DNA from: Terriglobia bacterium | GTDB lineage: Bacteria > Acidobacteriota > Terriglobia > 20CM-2-55-15 | Direction of reading: 5' to 3' | Assembly (NCBI GenBank): GCA_963664115.2 | Contig: CAXWPJ010000012.1 | Coordinates: 224,001-288,000 of the forward strand | Length of the DNA stretch: 64,000 nt | In this document: piece by piece, positions 60,596-64,000 of the stretch | How positions within the stretch are numbered: the first letter of the stretch is position 1 | Layout of the letters: the number at the start of each line of letters is the position of its first letter | Notes under the pieces: model-generated | Databases searched by the model: none | What the model was told of the DNA's origin: nothing | The model's input: the letters and a program-made list of their open reading frames with translations, nothing else | Made by a program: the position numbers and the translations under genes

Positions 60596-61867
60596 ATGTA
60601 CGTGCTGTACACGTCCGTTCTGGGTCTGGGTCTGGTTCTGACCCTTCCCTACTACCTGCTTCGCTTTCGAAAATACCTGCCGTCCATCAGAGAAAGACTC
60701 GGCTTTGTCGACTCTGAAAAAGACGGTCCAACGGTCTGGGTCCACGCGGTATCGGTGGGCGAAGTGAAAGCCGTGGACTCCCTCCTCGACGGACTTCGCA
60801 GACAGTTCCCCAGGAAACGGATCGTCATTTCCACCACGACTGCAACGGGCCGCGCTCTAGCTCTGAAACGTTCGGACCTCGATCGTGTGATCTACTTCCC
60901 CCTGGATTTTCCCGGTGTCGTCCGGCGGTGTCTGGATCGGATAAGGCCCGACTTGATCGTCGTTGCGGAAACCGAGATATGGCCCAACTTCATGCGGGAG
61001 TGCGACCGCCGGAAGATTCCTGTGTTCATGGTCAACGGACGCATTTCGGATCGGTCGTATAAACAGTACCGCCTCACACGGCGATGGCTGGGGAGGATAC
61101 TTGAGAAATACCACATCCTGGGAATGCAGTCGGACATGGACGCGGATAGAATCCGCTCGATCGGAGCGCCCCGGGACAAAGTCGTCGTATTTGGAAATCT
61201 AAAGTACGACCAGAGGGCTTCAGCACGTGAACTGGACTCTGTGTTCGAGACCACACTCAATCGGTCACAGCCTCTGATCGTGGCCGCCAGTACGGCAGCC
61301 GAAGAAGAACCCCTGGTGCTCGAAGCCTACCGTCAATTGCGGGAGACACGAGCCGGACTGAAGTTACTGATCGCACCCAGGCTTCCAGAACGGTTCGCTG
61401 AAGTTGAACGGATGCTGCAGTCAAGCGGGTTGAGCTACGTCCGACGATCCGCGCTCACCCCGGAGACAGAGCCGCCGGACATCCTTTTGCTCGACACAAT
61501 CGGTGAACTGACTGCGGTGTTCGAATATGCCACGCTGGTTTTCATGGGAGGCACTCTGGTACCGCGCGGGGGTCACAACGTACTGGAGCCGGCTCTATTT
61601 TCGAAACCCGTAATCTTTGGACCGCACATGGAAAACTTCCGGGACATGGCCCGTACTTTTCTCGACCGACGCGCAGCAATACAAGTTGCAGATGTTGACG
61701 CGCTGGTACGCCACATCCGCACGCTGCTGGACTCACCGGCGGCGGCAGCCGAGATGGGTCGAAACGCCCACCAACTGGTGGAGAAGAACAGAGGCGCCAC
61801 GGCGCGATTTCTGGAGACCGTTCGTCTGTCTCTCGAATCCGGTGGCCAGAGGGAGATCGGCCGATGA
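60596..61867 (+). CDS. waaA: Kdo transferase
   Basis: WVHAVSVGE, ETEIWPN, GNLKYD, GGHNVLEPA. Confidence 0.95.
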   Translation: MYVLYTSVLGLGLVLTLPYYLLRFRKYLPSIRERLGFVDSEKDGPTVWVHAVSVGEVKAVDSLLDGLRRQFPRKRIVISTTTATGRALALKRSDLDRVIYFPLDFPGVVRRCLDRIRPDLIVVAETEIWPNFMRECDRRKIPVFMVNGRISDRSYKQYRLTRRWLGRILEKYHILGMQSDMDADRIRSIGAPRDKVVVFGNLKYDQRASARELDSVFETTLNRSQPLIVAASTAAEEEPLVLEAYRQLRETRAGLKLLIAPRLPERFAEVERMLQSSGLSYVRRSALTPETEPPDILLLDTIGELTAVFEYATLVFMGGTLVPRGGHNVLEPALFSKPVIFGPHMENFRDMARTFLDRRAAIQVADVDALVRHIRTLLDSPAAAAEMGRNAHQLVEKNRGATARFLETVRLSLESGGQREIGR

Positions 61868-62805
61868 GCCGCGTATTCGGAACTTTTGTGAAGACGCGGG
61901 CCCGTCTCTACGACACCGGATGGCTCCCCACCCGGCGGCTCAATCATCCCGTCATCAGCGTCGGCAACCTCACACTCGGGGGAACCGGGAAAACCCCGCT
62001 CGTGATCGAATTGGCAACTCAATTCCGGAACCTCGGTTATCGACCTGTGGTGCTGTCGCGCGGCTATCGACGGCGCAGCCGTGGCATCGTTGTCGTCAGC
62101 CGGGGTGAGGGACCGGAAGTGGACTGGCCCGAAGCCGGGGACGAACCATCCCTCATGGCGATCCGGCTTCCGGGGGTTGCGGTTGTCGTCGGTGCAGACC
62201 GCTACCGGGCGGGTCTCTTTGCTGAATCAGCCAGGCTGGGTGATCTGTTTATACTCGACGACGGTTTTCAACATCGACGTCTGCATCGCGATGTGGATCT
62301 CGTGACGATCGACCCTGTCGACTGGGCGGAGGAAGACCGTCTGCTCCCACAAGGGCGCTGGCGTGAACCCCGAACCGCACTTAAAAGAGCACATGCCGCC
62401 CTGGTTCACGAGTCAGATTCCGCTCCCGTTCCACATCTTTCTGTTCCGCGATTCGGAGTCGAAACACTCGTGGACGGTATCGTAAAAGATGGGAGCCTCA
62501 TCCCTTCCGACTCTCTCGCGGGGACACCTCTATCTGCCTTCGCCGGGATCGCTAAGCCGGAACGCTTCTTCCACACACTCGACGCTATGGGATTGCGGAC
62601 GCATCGAAAGAAAATATTTCCCGACCACCACAAGTACGGCCCCCGGGACCTCGTCGACCTTGGCCCGGGAGCTTGCATAACAACGGAAAAAGACGCCGTC
62701 CGACTGCCTGGGAACGATTTTTACTTCCTTCGCATTTCTGCTAAGATACGGCGCTTCGAAGCGCTTCGAGACCTCATTCTCGAACGGATCAATGGAACCC
62801 CGTAG
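61864..62805 (+). CDS. lpxK: Tetraacyldisaccharide 4'-kinase
   Basis: SVGNLTLGGTGKTP, SRGY, GDEP, LDDGFQH, TTEKDAVR. Confidence 0.96.
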   Translation: MSRVFGTFVKTRARLYDTGWLPTRRLNHPVISVGNLTLGGTGKTPLVIELATQFRNLGYRPVVLSRGYRRRSRGIVVVSRGEGPEVDWPEAGDEPSLMAIRLPGVAVVVGADRYRAGLFAESARLGDLFILDDGFQHRRLHRDVDLVTIDPVDWAEEDRLLPQGRWREPRTALKRAHAALVHESDSAPVPHLSVPRFGVETLVDGIVKDGSLIPSDSLAGTPLSAFAGIAKPERFFHTLDAMGLRTHRKKIFPDHHKYGPRDLVDLGPGACITTEKDAVRLPGNDFYFLRISAKIRRFEALRDLILERINGTP

Positions 62806-63826
62806 CATAGTGATTCGCGGACCCAACTGGGTCGGAGATGCCGTCTTGAGCGTGCCTGCGATCAAGGCCGTCCGCGCGCGGTTTCCCGATAGCAGTATCA
62901 CGCTCCTGGTCCGACCTTGGGTGGGGGGACTGTTCCGCTCTGCTCCATTCATCGATGAAGTCTGGACGCGACCGGGGACGGGGCTTCGCGGGTGGTATGG
63001 CACCACACGTGAAATCCGTCGCAGAGGATTTGACCTGGCTCTGCTGCTTCCGAACTCATTCGAATCCGCCCTCACGGTATTCGCGGCCGGGATTCCGGAA
63101 CGGGCCGGATACGCAACCGACGGCCGGGGCGTTCTGCTCACTCAGCGCGTCGCCCGCCCCATCGAGAAACGGCATCAGGTGGCTTACTACCTGGACCTGA
63201 TACGATCTGTATTTGGAGCTGTGGAGGAACCGACCACGGAGATCGTGGCCAGCGAGGAAGAACGGAGCGGGGCGCGGCGATTGCTCAAATCCGAAGGCCT
63301 GGATCCGCAGGGCGGCTTGCTCGTTCTGAATCCGGGAGCAGCCTTTGGTTCCGCCAAGCGCTGGCACGAGGACCGCTTTGCACGGGTGGCCGATCAGATT
63401 GTCGAAGAGTTCCAGCTTCAAACCGTGGTGGTGGGTTCGGCTGCAGAAACCCCTATCGCTGACCGTATTCGCACACGCATGCAACACCCGGCCGTGACGC
63501 TTACGGGTCGAACGGATCTGGAAACGCTCCTCGGAGTATTGTCGTTTGCATCGATGATGATCACGAACGATTCCGGGCCGATGCACATGGCGGCAGCACT
63601 GGGAATTCCCACAGTCGCGGTCTTTGGCCCTACAGACGCGGAAGTTACCCGGCCGGTTGGGCCATGGACTCGCGTCGTGCGGCACGAAGTTGCATGCAGC
63701 CCGTGCCTGCTCAGAGAATGTCCGATCGATCACCGATGCATGGAAGCCGTCACTGTGGACGATGTATTCGAAACCGCGAAAGCGATGCGCCGTCTCATGG
63801 ATTCTTCGGAGACTCTTCCGAACTGA
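62792..63826 (+). CDS. waaF: LPS heptosyltransferase II (GT9)
   Basis: PNWVGDAV, PGAAFGSAKRW, NDSGPMH, FGPT. Confidence 0.93.
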   Translation: MEPRSIVIRGPNWVGDAVLSVPAIKAVRARFPDSSITLLVRPWVGGLFRSAPFIDEVWTRPGTGLRGWYGTTREIRRRGFDLALLLPNSFESALTVFAAGIPERAGYATDGRGVLLTQRVARPIEKRHQVAYYLDLIRSVFGAVEEPTTEIVASEEERSGARRLLKSEGLDPQGGLLVLNPGAAFGSAKRWHEDRFARVADQIVEEFQLQTVVVGSAAETPIADRIRTRMQHPAVTLTGRTDLETLLGVLSFASMMITNDSGPMHMAAALGIPTVAVFGPTDAEVTRPVGPWTRVVRHEVACSPCLLRECPIDHRCMEAVTVDDVFETAKAMRRLMDSSETLPN

Positions 63827-63830
63827 ACGC

Positions 63831-64000
63831 ATGAGTACACGGAACGGAAGTCAGAGGGCGGTTTTTCTGGACCGGGATGGAACGGTTTCCAAAGAGATCG
63901 GCTACATGTACGACGTTTCCCTCTATCAGGTCTTTCCGTGGACCGGCGCGGCCATACGCAAGATCAACGAAACCGGGATGCGTGTGATTCTGGCGACGAA
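63831..64000 (+). CDS. gmhB: Heptose-1,7-bisphosphate phosphatase (HAD), 3' truncated by window edge
   Basis: RAVFLDRDGTV after waaF; not in ORF track. Confidence 0.85.
   Translation, partial: MSTRNGSQRAVFLDRDGTVSKEIGYMYDVSLYQVFPWTGAAIRKINETGMRVILAT

Overview
Bacterial chromosome segment, GC about 57-60% by eye. Gene content (VWFA-related protein, DUF6152/DUF6644-like, DUF5916-like, NHL proteins) and acidic proteins suggest a marine Acidobacteriota-like organism (inference). Housekeeping blocks: partial ribBA, a MoxR/DUF58/vWA operon, uvrC, mpg, a cell-wall operon (DUF1460-GT2-DUF4922-SpoIID), thrC, gap-pgk-tpiA-secG-tRNA-Leu(GAG), and waaA-lpxK-waaF-gmhB. An accessory region at about 35-56.5 kb holds secreted/redox proteins and many gene scars. 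Main discovery: the ORF track splits three genes at an in-frame TGA located at a catalytic Cys position. These are a peroxiredoxin-like protein (UxxS, 18575-19075), an iodothyronine-deiodinase-like gene (39606-40308, with an extra 1-nt insertion), and a secreted deiodinase-like protein fused to six EF-hands (45095-43899). All three carry a short hairpin at exactly +16..+30 after the UGA with G at +22, a candidate compact SECIS. Also seen: a candidate leader-peptide attenuator before an M23 peptidase, a poly-G frameshift in a FecR gene, and several MITE/REP-like repeats. Family names come from motif recognition, not database searches.
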